A DNA stretch of 64,000 bases from Methanotrichaceae archaeon (GCA_963748825.1 CAVVKN010000023.1:96001-160000), one strand, 5' to 3'. Shown: positions 9,781-20,799, counted from the stretch's first letter. Notes: generated from the sequence alone by a model not told the origin. Program-made: numbers and translations.

Positions 9781-10155
9781 GTGAAAACTAGAATAGTATG
9801 GATGCTAACAGGTATTTTTGTGCTGACACTGGCAGCACCGGTCTTTGCCTCAGGATTTTACGGTTCCGGCCCCTGCGAGGCAAGAAATGCAATAGAAGCC
9901 TATTGCGTGAATCATGGCGGATGTCCCAAAGACGGATACTGCTATTTCCCGGACGGCAGCTTCTGTGAGCTTCGATCCTTTTACAACGGAACTTGCCCGG
10001 GACGAGAATACTACGAGCAGGCCATGTGGATGGCAGAGGCCTACAGCTTCCTTAACAGCGACTGGGGATACAGCACTCCCTACACGCCCTATATGTACCA
10101 GTATAATTACCCTTATTATTATTGGCCAACTTATGCACCGGGATATGGCATTTAG
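9781..10155 (+). CDS. Secreted DUF333-like Cys-rich protein with a Tyr-rich tail
   Basis: Signal peptide; N..AYC..HGG..GYCYFPDGSFCELRSFYNGTC pattern. Confidence 0.7.
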   Translation: MKTRIVWMLTGIFVLTLAAPVFASGFYGSGPCEARNAIEAYCVNHGGCPKDGYCYFPDGSFCELRSFYNGTCPGREYYEQAMWMAEAYSFLNSDWGYSTPYTPYMYQYNYPYYYWPTYAPGYGI

Positions 10156-10212
10156 TAATAGTGGGGACGAATTTCGCCGGAAAAGGCAATATGCCTCTCC
10201 GGCCATTCTTAA

Positions 10213-10872
10213 TTAAACGAGGATATCATGCTTGAATTTCTCGAAGCCGATCTCCTCTATAAACTCGCCCAGACGCTGTTTTTTGGCATGGTCCTTGTAG
10301 TAGTTGATTATCTTATCGATGAGCGAAAATACCTCTTCATCGGAAAGATTCTCAGCCAGCATCACTCCAAGCCGGGGCTTGACTCCGCTGCTTCCTCCTA
10401 CCAGAAGCTTCCATCCCTTGGACATTCCGATCAAGCCGATATCTTTTACGGCCGGCTCGGCGCAGGAGTTTGCACATCCGGATACGCCAATTTTAAACTT
10501 CCAGGGAAGCTGCATGCCATGATACAGCCCATCCAACTTCAAGCCTACGCCCACAGAATCCTGCTGGCCTCGCTTGCAGAAGGTGGTTCCGGGGCAGATC
10601 TTGATGCTTCGAACGCATAGACCAATGGCTGCCCCTGCTTTCATTCCCAGATCCTTCCAGGCATCATCGATGTCCTTGGGATCAATTCCAACGATGGCGA
10701 TTCTCTGCGCCGAGGTGATCTTGAGAACCTTGGCGTTGTATTTCTCAGCCACATCGGCGATCCTGCGCAGGCCAGCCGGATCTATTATGCCGCCTGCGAT
10801 ATGTGGCGCTATGGCATAGGTCTCTTTGTCCCTTTGCACAATTGCGCCCTTTTCCAGAATATCTTTGGACAT
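10213..10872 (-). CDS. Small siroheme/4Fe-4S nitrite/sulfite reductase-domain protein
   Basis: KITSAQRI, CPGTTFCKRG, KFKIGVSGCANSCAE. Confidence 0.88.
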   Translation of the reverse strand: MSKDILEKGAIVQRDKETYAIAPHIAGGIIDPAGLRRIADVAEKYNAKVLKITSAQRIAIVGIDPKDIDDAWKDLGMKAGAAIGLCVRSIKICPGTTFCKRGQQDSVGVGLKLDGLYHGMQLPWKFKIGVSGCANSCAEPAVKDIGLIGMSKGWKLLVGGSSGVKPRLGVMLAENLSDEEVFSLIDKIINYYKDHAKKQRLGEFIEEIGFEKFKHDILV

Positions 10873-10891
10873 GTTCTCGTCTCTAATTGTT

Positions 10892-11326
10892 CTAGTTTAC
10901 CAGCCCCATAGCCACGGTTCTTCCCAGCAAGAAGCATTTCTCTATGTCTTCTTTGCTTGGAACCTGAACGGCTATAGTCCCAGGCTCAATCACCGACATG
11001 CCAAAGGACTTCATTCGAGCAATGATTGTAGGAACGCCCTCTCCGCTCCATCCGTGCGAACCGAAGGCTATCCCTACTCTTCCCTTCAGATCAAGCTTGG
11101 CAAGCTCCTTCAGGTAAGGGTCCATGGACTTAATGAGCTTGTAGTTGTAAGTTGAGCCGCCCAAAGCTATGGCTGCGGCATCTAATACATCATTTGGCGA
11201 GGCATCAAAGGCGTCTTTAATTACAACCTCGATGCCTGGAATGGTCATGGCACCGTTAGCAATGGCCTCTGCCATCGTCTTGGTCCTTCCCATACCACTG
11301 GCATAGATTATCGCCATCTTAGGCAT
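10892..11326 (-). CDS. Flavodoxin
   Basis: YASGMGRTKTMAEAI, GGSTY and AFGSHGWSGE FMN-binding motifs. Confidence 0.9.
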   Translation of the reverse strand: MPKMAIIYASGMGRTKTMAEAIANGAMTIPGIEVVIKDAFDASPNDVLDAAAIALGGSTYNYKLIKSMDPYLKELAKLDLKGRVGIAFGSHGWSGEGVPTIIARMKSFGMSVIEPGTIAVQVPSKEDIEKCFLLGRTVAMGLVN

Positions 11327-11564
11327 ACGAAATCCTCAATAGAAATAAGACTCGCATTTTATAACTAATTTATGGTGTAGTTACCCCTCAGGCAAAAGAA
11401 TATGATTTTTTGCAGAACCCAAACAAATCACGAGAAAAATCGCAGCAAGAATTGAATTGAAGCTTCGAATAGGAAGAGAATATGCGTCACGAGACTTGCT
11501 GATGAGGAGCCTATTTTAAGTCCGTTCGCGGGCTCAATTCCCCATCAGCATTGCTCTGAAGACA

Positions 11565-11864
11565 TCATGCGTGTGCCTTTGCCTGCGAGGCAGTTCCACT
11601 CTTGCGGTGCCTTATGACATGACGCGAGCGTCTTCCTGCGACCTCTTCGCTTTTTACCCACTCACCCGTCTCGTCGTCCTTCTCGTACTGCTCTTTCACG
11701 GCCGACCAGGCAGCTTCGTGAGATGCCTTCTCGCGCGCTGCGTCCTCAGTACTCTCCAAATCCTCCCAACAGCCGTTATAAGCCTTCATGTAAAGAGTCT
11801 TGGCACGGCTGGGCAAATTTCGCACGCTTTTAGGCAGCTCGCTTGTGTTCTCGTATGGCATCAA
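11565..11864 (-). CDS. chaB: ChaB family protein
   Basis: MPY..ELPKSVRNLP..A..Y.KAYN...AAWSAVK..YEK...W. Confidence 0.88.
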   Translation of the reverse strand: MMPYENTSELPKSVRNLPSRAKTLYMKAYNGCWEDLESTEDAAREKASHEAAWSAVKEQYEKDDETGEWVKSEEVAGRRSRHVIRHRKSGTASQAKAHA

Positions 11865-11977
11865 ATTACACCTCCTGTCAATGTTTGAGCTATATGATAA
11901 CCCGCCTACTATGAAGATCCTGGTTAAAAGGTTTTGGGGTCAATGGCCACTAACACTAGATGAGCCCCCTTTATTAA

Positions 11978-13402
11978 TTATTGAGGGATGAATATCATCT
12001 CTTCCTTGCTCCATAGCAGCCTTCCATCGTCTCCCTTAATTGCCAGCACCTCGGCGCCCTCAGATTCACCCAGCTTGTAGACGATCAGGTCTCCCTGTCC
12101 TTCTCCGGTCAGGTCCGGGCCAGCCACAGCTAAGGCCAGGCCGGCAAAGGGTCGCTGCCAGAGCAGCTCTCCATCCGAGCCTCGAAGAACGCCGATATCG
12201 CTACATAGTGAACCATTCTCAGCATACTTCAGGAGATAGACTACCAGTTCATCCCGCCCGTCGCCGGTCAGATCTATTACCGGTACAGCCAGGGCCGGGC
12301 CAGCAAAGCTCCGGTTCCAGAGCATTTTATGCTTTTGGCCGTCTCTGGCCTCAAATGTGGTGGCCGTGATGTTCAGAGGGGGCTCTTCGCCAACGCCCTC
12401 GCTCGTCATCGATCCGTTCAGTTGATAAATTGCGGCAATGCTGTCTTGCACAAGGTCGTTTGTGAGGTTGCCTGCCGGATATTCGATTGCCAGGGCACCG
12501 GAAAAGATCCTCTCATCCAGCTTTGTGCCGTTGGCACCGCTTACTCGGGCAATGCTGGTGAACATGCTATTGTTCATGCTGTCCAAGCCGAATACATGCA
12601 CCAGAAACTCAGAGGCATTGTCTCCACTAGCATCTTTAACGGGATAGGCAATGGTCATGGCCAGCATCTGGGGCCGGCTCCAAATTACAGTGCCATTACT
12701 GCCGTCAAGGGCGGAAACGCTACTGTAAGGGATGAAGCTCGCTGCGGCCAGGATTTCATCTATCATGACATCCGTTTGGCCGTCGCCATTGAGGTCTCCC
12801 GCGGTTGTGGCAAAGACCAGGGAGCCGGGATAATCCTTCTGCCATAAAGCGCTGCCGTCGCCGCCGCTGAAAGCCGATATTTCTGAATTAAAGGCTCCTG
12901 TGTCGGCATCACTGCTGATGTTCATGACCAGAAGGTCTGTGGCATTGTCCCCGTTGAGATCTGTTGCGGGAAATGCCAGGCTGATAACTTCCGGCTCGTT
13001 GGGGATCTGTGAATAAAAGTCGGAGTCATAATAGTTGTCTGCAAAATCAAGATCTTTAAATGCGAGTTCTGACGGATTGAAGTCTGAGCCAAATTCCGAT
13101 AAGTTAAACTCGGATAAATTGGATTCTGAAGAATTTAGCTCTGAGGAATTGGGTTCCAAAGAACTTATCTTTAATGGGCTGATTTCTGATGAATTGATAT
13201 CGGATAAATTGGGATTTGATGAATTAAATGCAGTGTAATTAAATACTGTGCGATTCAGTGTTGTTTGGTTGCTTAAATTCATTGCCAGAAGATCATCAAT
13301 TGATTCGGATTTGTTATCCACTGATGCCCCCTGGGCCAGCAATAGAGAGCATGCAATCAGATAAAGAGCTATCAATTTTTTTATGTTAAATCCCCCTGTC
13401 AT
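11978..13402 (-). CDS. Secreted FG-GAP / beta-propeller protein with an N-sequon-rich linker
   Basis: Signal peptide; repeated DLNGDG/DLTGDG Ca-binding loops and G.DG..LW blades. Confidence 0.85.
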   Translation of the reverse strand: MTGGFNIKKLIALYLIACSLLLAQGASVDNKSESIDDLLAMNLSNQTTLNRTVFNYTAFNSSNPNLSDINSSEISPLKISSLEPNSSELNSSESNLSEFNLSEFGSDFNPSELAFKDLDFADNYYDSDFYSQIPNEPEVISLAFPATDLNGDNATDLLVMNISSDADTGAFNSEISAFSGGDGSALWQKDYPGSLVFATTAGDLNGDGQTDVMIDEILAAASFIPYSSVSALDGSNGTVIWSRPQMLAMTIAYPVKDASGDNASEFLVHVFGLDSMNNSMFTSIARVSGANGTKLDERIFSGALAIEYPAGNLTNDLVQDSIAAIYQLNGSMTSEGVGEEPPLNITATTFEARDGQKHKMLWNRSFAGPALAVPVIDLTGDGRDELVVYLLKYAENGSLCSDIGVLRGSDGELLWQRPFAGLALAVAGPDLTGEGQGDLIVYKLGESEGAEVLAIKGDDGRLLWSKEEMIFIPQ

Positions 13403-13653
13403 ATTTCATGAGCAAATTGGGATGCATACTTATGAAGCTTCGCCTCTTACAGGAAAAGACACGCGATATATTTTAAAAATTAAAAATCTAGTGTTAGAAT
13501 AATTCCTTAACAATTAGCGAGAAATGGCCTTAGCACAATGGATCTTTGCGAGTTGAAAAAAAGCCCCGGCCGGGAAGGCCCGGATAGAATTGGCAGACCC
13601 GGCATGCGGCATGAGAATGCAGTTTTCTCGGGCAGGTTTTTTGCCCTAGAATT

Positions 13654-14418
13654 TCATTTTTTCCTCATATCCTCTTGTAACTTCTTCATTTTTGCCAGGG
13701 CAGCCTCTCGATCTAAGGCCATCTGCGTTCTGCGGTTGGCAAGATTCTCGGCAGGAGTAACCTCATTATCTGTAACCTGGCTGGAAGTTGTATCATTCTG
13801 AGCCGCGATCTCGGCAGGAGCGACAGTAGTAACCGTGGTATCCGGGCAATTGCTGGGGGGAGCAGCGCCCTCATTTACAGCTATGCTCAAATTGCCCAGG
13901 AAGGTCGTCATCATCTTCGCGCTCATGTTTATATCCGTCAATACCAGGGCTACGGTCAGATTGTTCGGCTGGTAAGCGATGATGTTCCGATTTCCTATCT
14001 GCCCCAAGAGAGCGGGTCCTGGCACTGATTCATTATACGTGACCTGGGCCATGATAGGATCAAAAGCTTCCAGATAAGGCTTCAGATCTGCGGGTTCCAG
14101 CTCTTTCTGGGGTGCCTGGCAGGGGTAGAGAAGATGCAGTTCGACCCTGTTTCCGTCCAGCAGCATTGATGCCGCAACCTCGCTTCCGCCGGTATAATTT
14201 GCTTCGGCCATGGTTTCTGGCTCCACAACTACCTCGGGGGGAAGACAGAAGACAAGTTTGGCATAGCTGCCCATCTCCGCACCTGTGCAAACGTCTTTTT
14301 CCTGGGCGAATGCAGCGGAAAACACAGTCATTAGGCCAAGTGCTATGCAGCAAAAAAGCAGCATCTTTCCAAGAGGCACCGATCTATTCTCCAATTTCTT
14401 AAATTTCATCCAATCCAC
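13654..14418 (-). CDS. Hypothetical secreted protein
   Basis: 254-aa ORF with a signal-like hydrophobic segment ending AFA. Confidence 0.7.
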   Translation of the reverse strand: MDWMKFKKLENRSVPLGKMLLFCCIALGLMTVFSAAFAQEKDVCTGAEMGSYAKLVFCLPPEVVVEPETMAEANYTGGSEVAASMLLDGNRVELHLLYPCQAPQKELEPADLKPYLEAFDPIMAQVTYNESVPGPALLGQIGNRNIIAYQPNNLTVALVLTDINMSAKMMTTFLGNLSIAVNEGAAPPSNCPDTTVTTVAPAEIAAQNDTTSSQVTDNEVTPAENLANRRTQMALDREAALAKMKKLQEDMRKK

Positions 14419-14660
14419 CTCATTGCTAATTTGTTTATCTCCCTTACAAATTCTAAATATATGTTTGCGTTTATACCTCTCAAACTATTTAGCCGTTTTC
14501 CAGTCGGTTTTCCGGAAAGTCCGGTCGTTTCCTGAGCTTTCCCTTTTCTATCCGGCTGAAAGCAGCCCAAATATAGAAGCTCCGATATGGTAATATACTT
14601 GAAATATATGTCACCGATATTGTACAATAACCTGTGTACAAATTTCGGATAAAAGCATGA

Positions 14661-15143
14661 GTGGTGGAGATTGCAGTGAGATCAACTTCAAAAGCATTCT
14701 ATTTTGCAGCAGCTTTGATGGTTTTGTCCATAAGTGCTGCGGCATCGGTTGTCTTAAACGAGATGGAACTAAATCCTCCGGAAGGCGGGGCTGATTGGGT
14801 TGAGATTTACAACCCTGATAATGAGAGCGTGGACATCAGCGGATGGATGGCCGAGATCACCGACGGAAGTTGGGTAGGAAAGCTCCCTGCCGTGCCCGCG
14901 GGAACTATACTGCCAGCCAAGAGCTTTTATGTCTTCAATGGCCAGTCATCCTGGAATCATAATGATGGCGGATATGCCACACTCTTCAGCGCATCCGGAG
15001 AGATAGTGGACAAGACTGCCAACCGACAGGACACTATGAACAACGACTTTACCTACGGCAGGCAACCGGATGGTCACGATACAAATACCGATGGTGACTG
15101 GGGCCTGCATTCTGCCACCAAGGGCGAATCAAATATACGCTAA
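14661..15143 (+). CDS. Secreted lamin-tail-domain (LTD) protein
   Basis: VVLNEMELNP..DWVEIYNP..VDISGW; YGRQPDG. Confidence 0.88.
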   Translation: MVEIAVRSTSKAFYFAAALMVLSISAAASVVLNEMELNPPEGGADWVEIYNPDNESVDISGWMAEITDGSWVGKLPAVPAGTILPAKSFYVFNGQSSWNHNDGGYATLFSASGEIVDKTANRQDTMNNDFTYGRQPDGHDTNTDGDWGLHSATKGESNIR

Positions 15144-15149
15144 AGAGGA

Positions 15150-15626
15150 ATGAAAATGGATCTTAAATTGGGAATTGGCATCAAGGCGCTCTTAGCCTTC
15201 AGCGGCCTTTTGGCCATCTGTGGCCTGGGCATGTGCAACGTGGTCATCAATGAGTTTGAGCTCAGCCCGCCCGACAACGGCACCGTTTGGGTAGAGCTTT
15301 ACAATACCGGGGACGCAGCCGTGGATCTGACCGGCTGGATGATCAATATCGTAGATAAACCCTGGGTGGGCCCCATCCCCCTTGAGGGCAGCATCGAGCC
15401 TAAAGGATTTCTGGCTTTGGACGGCCAGAAGAACTGGGTCACTACCGGCAACGGAACCGTTTTTCTCTATGACGCCTCTGGTGTTGAGGTAGACAAGACA
15501 TCTCAGCAGAGCGACAACTCGCAAAGCGACTTCACCTACGGCCGCATTCCGGACGGAAAGAAGACAGATACCAGGGCCGACTTTGCCTTCATGATGGCAA
15601 GCAAAGGCAGGTCCAACGTCCGTTGA
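15150..15626 (+). CDS. Secreted lamin-tail-domain protein (tandem paralog)
   Basis: VVINEFE..WVELYNTGDAAVDLTGW; YGRIPDG. Confidence 0.88.
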   Translation: MKMDLKLGIGIKALLAFSGLLAICGLGMCNVVINEFELSPPDNGTVWVELYNTGDAAVDLTGWMINIVDKPWVGPIPLEGSIEPKGFLALDGQKNWVTTGNGTVFLYDASGVEVDKTSQQSDNSQSDFTYGRIPDGKKTDTRADFAFMMASKGRSNVR

Positions 15627-15775
15627 GTTCTGCCTGAAATCAGCAGGGCAAAAAAAACAATAGCTTGGGCCTTTTCGGCTGCTCTTGCGACAGAAGGGGC
15701 CATGCTTGTTTTTTAAAGGAGACGTCTACAGATCCGTTGCTTTTCGAATTATCTCACCCACGTCGCTTGCTGCTC

Positions 15776-16132
15776 TCATTCCCTAAGCCAGGCCCAAGCC
15801 TGGGCAATTTCTGCAGAATGGAAAAATTTGGCATCGCGAGCGTAAAAAGGCTTGGCCAGATGTGTCATCCATTTCTCCCAGCTTTTATCTCCGACAATTG
15901 CCATTTTTTCAATCTCATTGTGAAATTCCCATGCAAGTTTCATATCAGAAAGCCAGGCCTCCATCTTTTCCCACTTGAAATCACTGAGATCAAGCAACAT
16001 GAAAACATTGCCTTCCTTTTCCACCAATGCCCTGATTTCTGGTACCAATATCTTGTAATCCGATGCAGTAATCGTCCCAATGGCTTTGAATCCAACCACA
16101 TTTCCCGAACTATTCTCCAATTTTTCGAACAC
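15776..16132 (-). CDS. STAS/SEC14 (SpoIIAA-like) protein
   Basis: VVGFKAIGTITASDY, KMAIVGDKSW, A.AWL; GTG start at 16132 after GGAG. Confidence 0.85.
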   Translation of the reverse strand: MFEKLENSSGNVVGFKAIGTITASDYKILVPEIRALVEKEGNVFMLLDLSDFKWEKMEAWLSDMKLAWEFHNEIEKMAIVGDKSWEKWMTHLAKPFYARDAKFFHSAEIAQAWAWLRE

Positions 16133-16294
16133 GTCATCGACTCCTGTCTTGAGTTGAACACTTCGGTTTTGATGAGATTTACATCTTTTCATTAATTATA
16201 ATTAATTCTTAAGTCGTTAATAAACTAAAAAACAGAATATCCATTGGGAAAAATTCTTAAGTAATAAACGTTTAGTTTTAAAGGGGGATTTGCA

Positions 16295-16729
16295 TTGTTC
16301 GAAAAGATTTTGATTGCCACAGACGGATCGGAAAATAGCAAGAGAGCTGTAAAAGCAGGCATCGAGATAGCCAAAAACTTTGGCGGAAAAGTCACTGCCT
16401 TATTCGTTGCTGATCCACGCCGGTATTTTATGGGCGAAGTCAGCTACAATATAGCAGATGAGGTAATGGTAGGCATCCAGAAGGAGGTCATGAGAGAGGG
16501 TGAGGAAGCAATACGCCAGGCTGAGGAAGACGCCAAGTTGGCTTCTGTAGCGTTTGAGAAAAAGATCGTAGAAGGTCATCCCGCAGAGGAGATTCTAAAG
16601 CTTAGCGGCAATATGGATCTAATCGTCCTTGGCAGAATGGGCCTTACAGGAATGCCAAAATTTCTCGTAGGAAGTGTTGCAGAGAAAGTCATTCGTAATT
16701 CGAAGGTTCCTGTGCATATAGTTACTTGA
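16295..16729 (+). CDS. Universal stress protein (UspA family)
   Basis: KILIATDGSENS, GHPAEEI, LVGSVAEKVIRNSKVPV. Confidence 0.93.
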   Translation: MFEKILIATDGSENSKRAVKAGIEIAKNFGGKVTALFVADPRRYFMGEVSYNIADEVMVGIQKEVMREGEEAIRQAEEDAKLASVAFEKKIVEGHPAEEILKLSGNMDLIVLGRMGLTGMPKFLVGSVAEKVIRNSKVPVHIVT

Positions 16730-16876
16730 CCCGGGATTGAAAAGCTGCAGAGGCGTGAAGCGAAGGACTTTGAATTAGGACTTTCATTTTTTTAGACTAG
16801 ACGAAACAGGGTTATCTATTTTCAAATGGAGATCGCTGAAAAAAAAGGTAAAAATTTAAAAAAATCTAAAGCTCTG

Positions 16877-17731
16877 TTAGTCGATCAGCAAGGTGTAAGC
16901 AGTCTCTCTTTTGAAGTTTTTCGTGTGCTCATTCTTGTTGATGATGCCACCCTGGCCGTCTCTCTGAGAGATGGTAATGGTGTGGGTCTTTTCACCACCT
17001 ATTGTTAAGCTGGCTATTCCGTCCAGAGATCCATCGCCAATATCACTGCTGTAAAAGACGCCATCCACATAGACATCGTAGCCCTTGATTCTCTGAGATT
17101 TTATGGTAACAAAAGCGTCTCCCATCAAGATAGAATTCACGTCCAATGGCGAGAACGACTGCTCGCTTTGCCGGGGCAGGACATCTAAGATCAGGGCATT
17201 GCCGGGCGCGCTTCCCTGGGCCAGCAGCATGAAGAGCCTGCCGCTCTCCTCCGGCCTCAGCTTGAGTCGATGGTAGCCGGCCAGTAATTTAAAATTCCAG
17301 TGCTTGATGGTGCTATTGGCATAGGATATGAGATAGATATCGCCGCTGCCGTCCTGGGGGGTTTGCACGATCAGGTCGACTGCTTCGCCGGCCGTTACCT
17401 GGCTAAACCGGCTCCAGACCGCACCCTTTCGGATCCACAGCTCGCTGGAAAGCGGTGTGGAAGCGGCACTGGAAACGTAATCTGAGTAGTTCAATTGCCG
17501 CTCCCCCAAGCGAATGGACTGGGGCTCATTGCCGCTCAGGTTGAAGTATATGGGATCGGAGAGAGTTGTAACTCTTTTTTCCTGGGGCTCCTCTGTGGCG
17601 CTTATCCAAGGCTCCTCGCTCCAGATCTGATTTCCGGCAGGCGAGGCACAGGCCGATGCAGTCAGCAGCGCAATAAGTGCCATAAGCGCTGCGAAGTGTG
17701 AAAGAGCCTGGAAATGATGTTTGAGACGCAT
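16877..17731 (-). CDS. Hypothetical secreted protein with a PEGA-like C-terminal domain
   Basis: Start at MRLKHH (17731), just after the argS stop; signal peptide; GYDVYVDG. Confidence 0.7.
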   Translation of the reverse strand: MRLKHHFQALSHFAALMALIALLTASACASPAGNQIWSEEPWISATEEPQEKRVTTLSDPIYFNLSGNEPQSIRLGERQLNYSDYVSSAASTPLSSELWIRKGAVWSRFSQVTAGEAVDLIVQTPQDGSGDIYLISYANSTIKHWNFKLLAGYHRLKLRPEESGRLFMLLAQGSAPGNALILDVLPRQSEQSFSPLDVNSILMGDAFVTIKSQRIKGYDVYVDGVFYSSDIGDGSLDGIASLTIGGEKTHTITISQRDGQGGIINKNEHTKNFKRETAYTLLID

Positions 17732-17735
17732 GATT

Positions 17736-19441
17736 TTACATCGTCTCCAAGGCCTGTATTCCCAGGGTATCCAAAGTCGTTCGCAGGGCATTTTTGGCCG
17801 CTCTTGCCAGGGCCATTCTTGCCCTGCGCAGATTCGGCTCGGCATCCAGCACCGGGCTGTAGCGGTAGAAGTGGTTGAAGCTCTCCGCCAGCTCGCGGGC
17901 GTACGTGGCCAGTTGATGGGGCTTTAGCTCCCGGGCGGCTCTGTCGATGACCAGATCAAATTCCGCGATCTTCTTGATGAGGGCGATCTCGTTTTCGCCG
18001 GTGAGCAGATCGGCCTGGACCTTAAGCTGGGCTTCCTGGTTCTCCAGCCCTTCTTCTCCCTTGCGCAGGATGCTGCAGGCCCGGGCATGTGAGTACTGGA
18101 TGAAGGGCGCAGAGAGCTTCTCAAAGTCCAGGGCCTGCTTCCAGTCGAAGGTAGTGGCCTTGTCTGGAGAGACCTTGACCACGTCATAGCGCACTGCACC
18201 TGCCGCCACCTGGGCCGCCACCTCCCTTGAGGAAGGCCTCGCTCTCTTCCGGCCTTCTCAGCTTGACCTCCTCATAAGCCTGTTTTTCCACCTCGTCGAG
18301 CAGTTCATCGGCGGAGATGAACTTGCCCTTCCTGGTGCTCATTGAACCGGTAGGAAGCGACACGAATTCAAAAATGACCACCTCCGGCTCACGGATGCCC
18401 AGCAAGCGCAGAGCGGTGCGAAGCTGTCCGGAGACCAGCTTGTGGTCGGCTCCCAGGACATCCACGGAGCGATCTGAATTCAGGGACTTCCAGCGGTGGT
18501 AAGCCAGGTCGCGAGTGATGTAAAGCGAGGTTCCATTCGTCCTCTTGAGGACCATCTTCTTCTCAAAGCCGTATTGGGTTAAGTCGAGCTGAAAAGCGCC
18601 CTCCTCGTATTCGGTGAGCCCTGTTTTCTCCAGTTGGCCCACAATCTCGGCCACATCGCCCTTTCGCACAAACTCCGACTCCCAGTGGTAGCTGTCGTGG
18701 CGGATGTTCATCCGGTGCAGCGTCTCTTCGATGCCGCCAACGGCGTACTTGATGGCGCTCTGGATCTTGGCCACCGTCTCCTCGTCGCCTGCCTCGTAGC
18801 GCTGGATAACCTGATCTGCCTCATCTCGGATCTCGGGACTGGTTTCCATGAGGCGGTTGGCGGCGATGTAGACCTTGGCTATGGCATGGTCGGCTTTGCT
18901 GCCATCAAGCTGGAAGTGATCCAAGCCCACGACCACCATGGCCTCCTGGCGGCCCATGTCGTTGACGTAGTACTGCGCGTCTACAGTGCAGCCTGCCCGG
19001 CGCATGATGCGCACCAGCGTGTCGCCAATCACTGAATTGCGGATGTGACCCACGTGCAGCGGCCCGTCGGGATTGGCGGAGGTGTGCTCCACAATTACCA
19101 ACTCCCTCATTCGGCCTGTCCAGGCATTGTCGGCCAGGGCCTGCAAAAGGACCGTTTCCAGGAACTTTTGGTTCATGAAGAAGTTGAGATAGGGGCCGGA
19201 AAGCTCCACCTTTTGCACATATCTGTAATCCTGGGAGAGAGCCTGGTGGATCTCTTTGGCGATGGCCATCGGGCTCTTCTTCTGCAGCGGGGCCAGCCGG
19301 AAGGCCACGGACGAAGCCAAATCAGCGTGAGGGCTCAGGTCCAGGCCCAGATTGTTTACTCCTTCCTCTACCTTGTAGCCACAGGAACCGAGGGCCGCAA
19401 TGCAGAAGGCCCTCGACCTCGCTCATAAAATCGAGAAACAT
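17736..19441 (-). CDS. argS: Arginine--tRNA ligase, two apparent +1 frameshifts (~19402, ~18225)
   Basis: EHTSANPDGPLHVGHIRN (HIGH), SMSTRKG, PFIQYSHAR; N-terminus MFLDF.. recovered across the first shift. Confidence 0.93.
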
Positions 19442-19569
19442 GGGAACACCAATGTGAATAGTATCTTTCTCCATCAACTGGATGGGGCGATATAAGCATT
19501 ACGTCATGTCCTGCCTTTTTGGGAAAGTATATGATGTTTGGTGACTTACATTGATGGTGAGGATTCACT

Positions 19570-20799
19570 ATGAAGCTCTTTGCAGCAATTCTAATGCTGT
19601 TGTTATGCGCCCCGGCCCTTGCCGTCTCCTATGAGGCGAGCCAGGTCGAGGCCACCACAGCCATTACCCTGCCTGTAGACTCCGTCACCATCTATCCGGA
19701 CGGCCTGATGGCAGTGAAACGAACGGGAAACCTTGACGTAACTGAGGGCGTGCACAAGTTCGTGATCAATGTTCCTGAAAAGGCCGAGCAAAGCTCGGTG
19801 CTCCTTCGCGTCAGCAACGCTACCCAGGAAAGAGTAGTCTACGAAGCCAATCCCGTTTACACTCTGAACATCTCCGCGCCGGGATCGCAGAGCTTTGACC
19901 TCTCCTATCTCATGTACAATGCCGCCACCTGGAAGCCGGTGTACGACCTGCACCTTCTTAGCGACTTTGTACTGGTGAAGGCCAATGCCGTGCTCAGCAA
20001 TCGCGGTGGAGAGAATCTCAAGAATGTGCGGCTCAAGCTGGTAGCGGGCCTGCCTCTGGGAATAGAGCCTTATTATGCCAAGGCCGCGCCCCAGATAAAT
20101 CAGAGATATGCCGAAGCGGCTCCCATGGCCGAGTTCATGGACTACGCAGCCGCACCTGCGCCCTCCTCAGGCGAGCTGGAGACGCTCTACATCTTCGAGC
20201 TTGAAGGGCGAAAAGACCTGGTCATGGACAAGGAGATAGGCTTTCCCCTCTTCGAGGAAGAGGCACCTCTGGTGAGAATCTACACATGGGATGCCTCCAG
20301 CCAGACAGAGGGCCCTGCCAAGGAGGAGATCCGGGCCAACAACACCCTGACCAATCCCTGGCCGACGGGAAAAGCTCTGCTTTACAGAAATGACGAGTAC
20401 GTCTCCACCATCGAGATGCCCTACACTCCAGCCGGCACCAACGCCTCCATTGTGGTGGGCCCCTCTGCTGATCTTAAGGTGGAAAGCAAGCTTTCCGACT
20501 ACAATATAACCGAGAATATCAGGGAGATCGGAACAGGCGCAAGGAATCACACCGTAAAAGAGACCACGGAGACCTGGACCTACTATCTGAAGATCAAGAG
20601 CAACCTGGACCGCGTAGCAGCGCTGGAGGTAACCGACACCGTCCCCCAGGAGGCCGTGATCCTCTCCGTCACGCCAAAGCCTGCCGAGAGCACGGCCACC
20701 AGCCTCAAGTGGAAGCTGCAGCTCGCGCCGCGGCAGAAGACGGCCATCAATTACACCTACCAGGTGATCACGACGGAGAGCCTGGATAGTGTGTATTAA
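19570..20799 (+). CDS. Secreted DUF4139-type protein
   Basis: Signal peptide, VTIYPDG, LSYL..ATWKPVYDL, N.GGENLKNVRLKLVAG, LKWKLQLAP. Confidence 0.8.
   Translation: MKLFAAILMLLLCAPALAVSYEASQVEATTAITLPVDSVTIYPDGLMAVKRTGNLDVTEGVHKFVINVPEKAEQSSVLLRVSNATQERVVYEANPVYTLNISAPGSQSFDLSYLMYNAATWKPVYDLHLLSDFVLVKANAVLSNRGGENLKNVRLKLVAGLPLGIEPYYAKAAPQINQRYAEAAPMAEFMDYAAAPAPSSGELETLYIFELEGRKDLVMDKEIGFPLFEEEAPLVRIYTWDASSQTEGPAKEEIRANNTLTNPWPTGKALLYRNDEYVSTIEMPYTPAGTNASIVVGPSADLKVESKLSDYNITENIREIGTGARNHTVKETTETWTYYLKIKSNLDRVAALEVTDTVPQEAVILSVTPKPAESTATSLKWKLQLAPRQKTAINYTYQVITTESLDSVY

Noticed and set aside
11497-11551. Imperfect hairpin TGCTGATG..CATCAGCA downstream of chaB as an ncRNA
   Set aside because: Adequately explained as a 3'-UTR/terminator structure; no family resemblance
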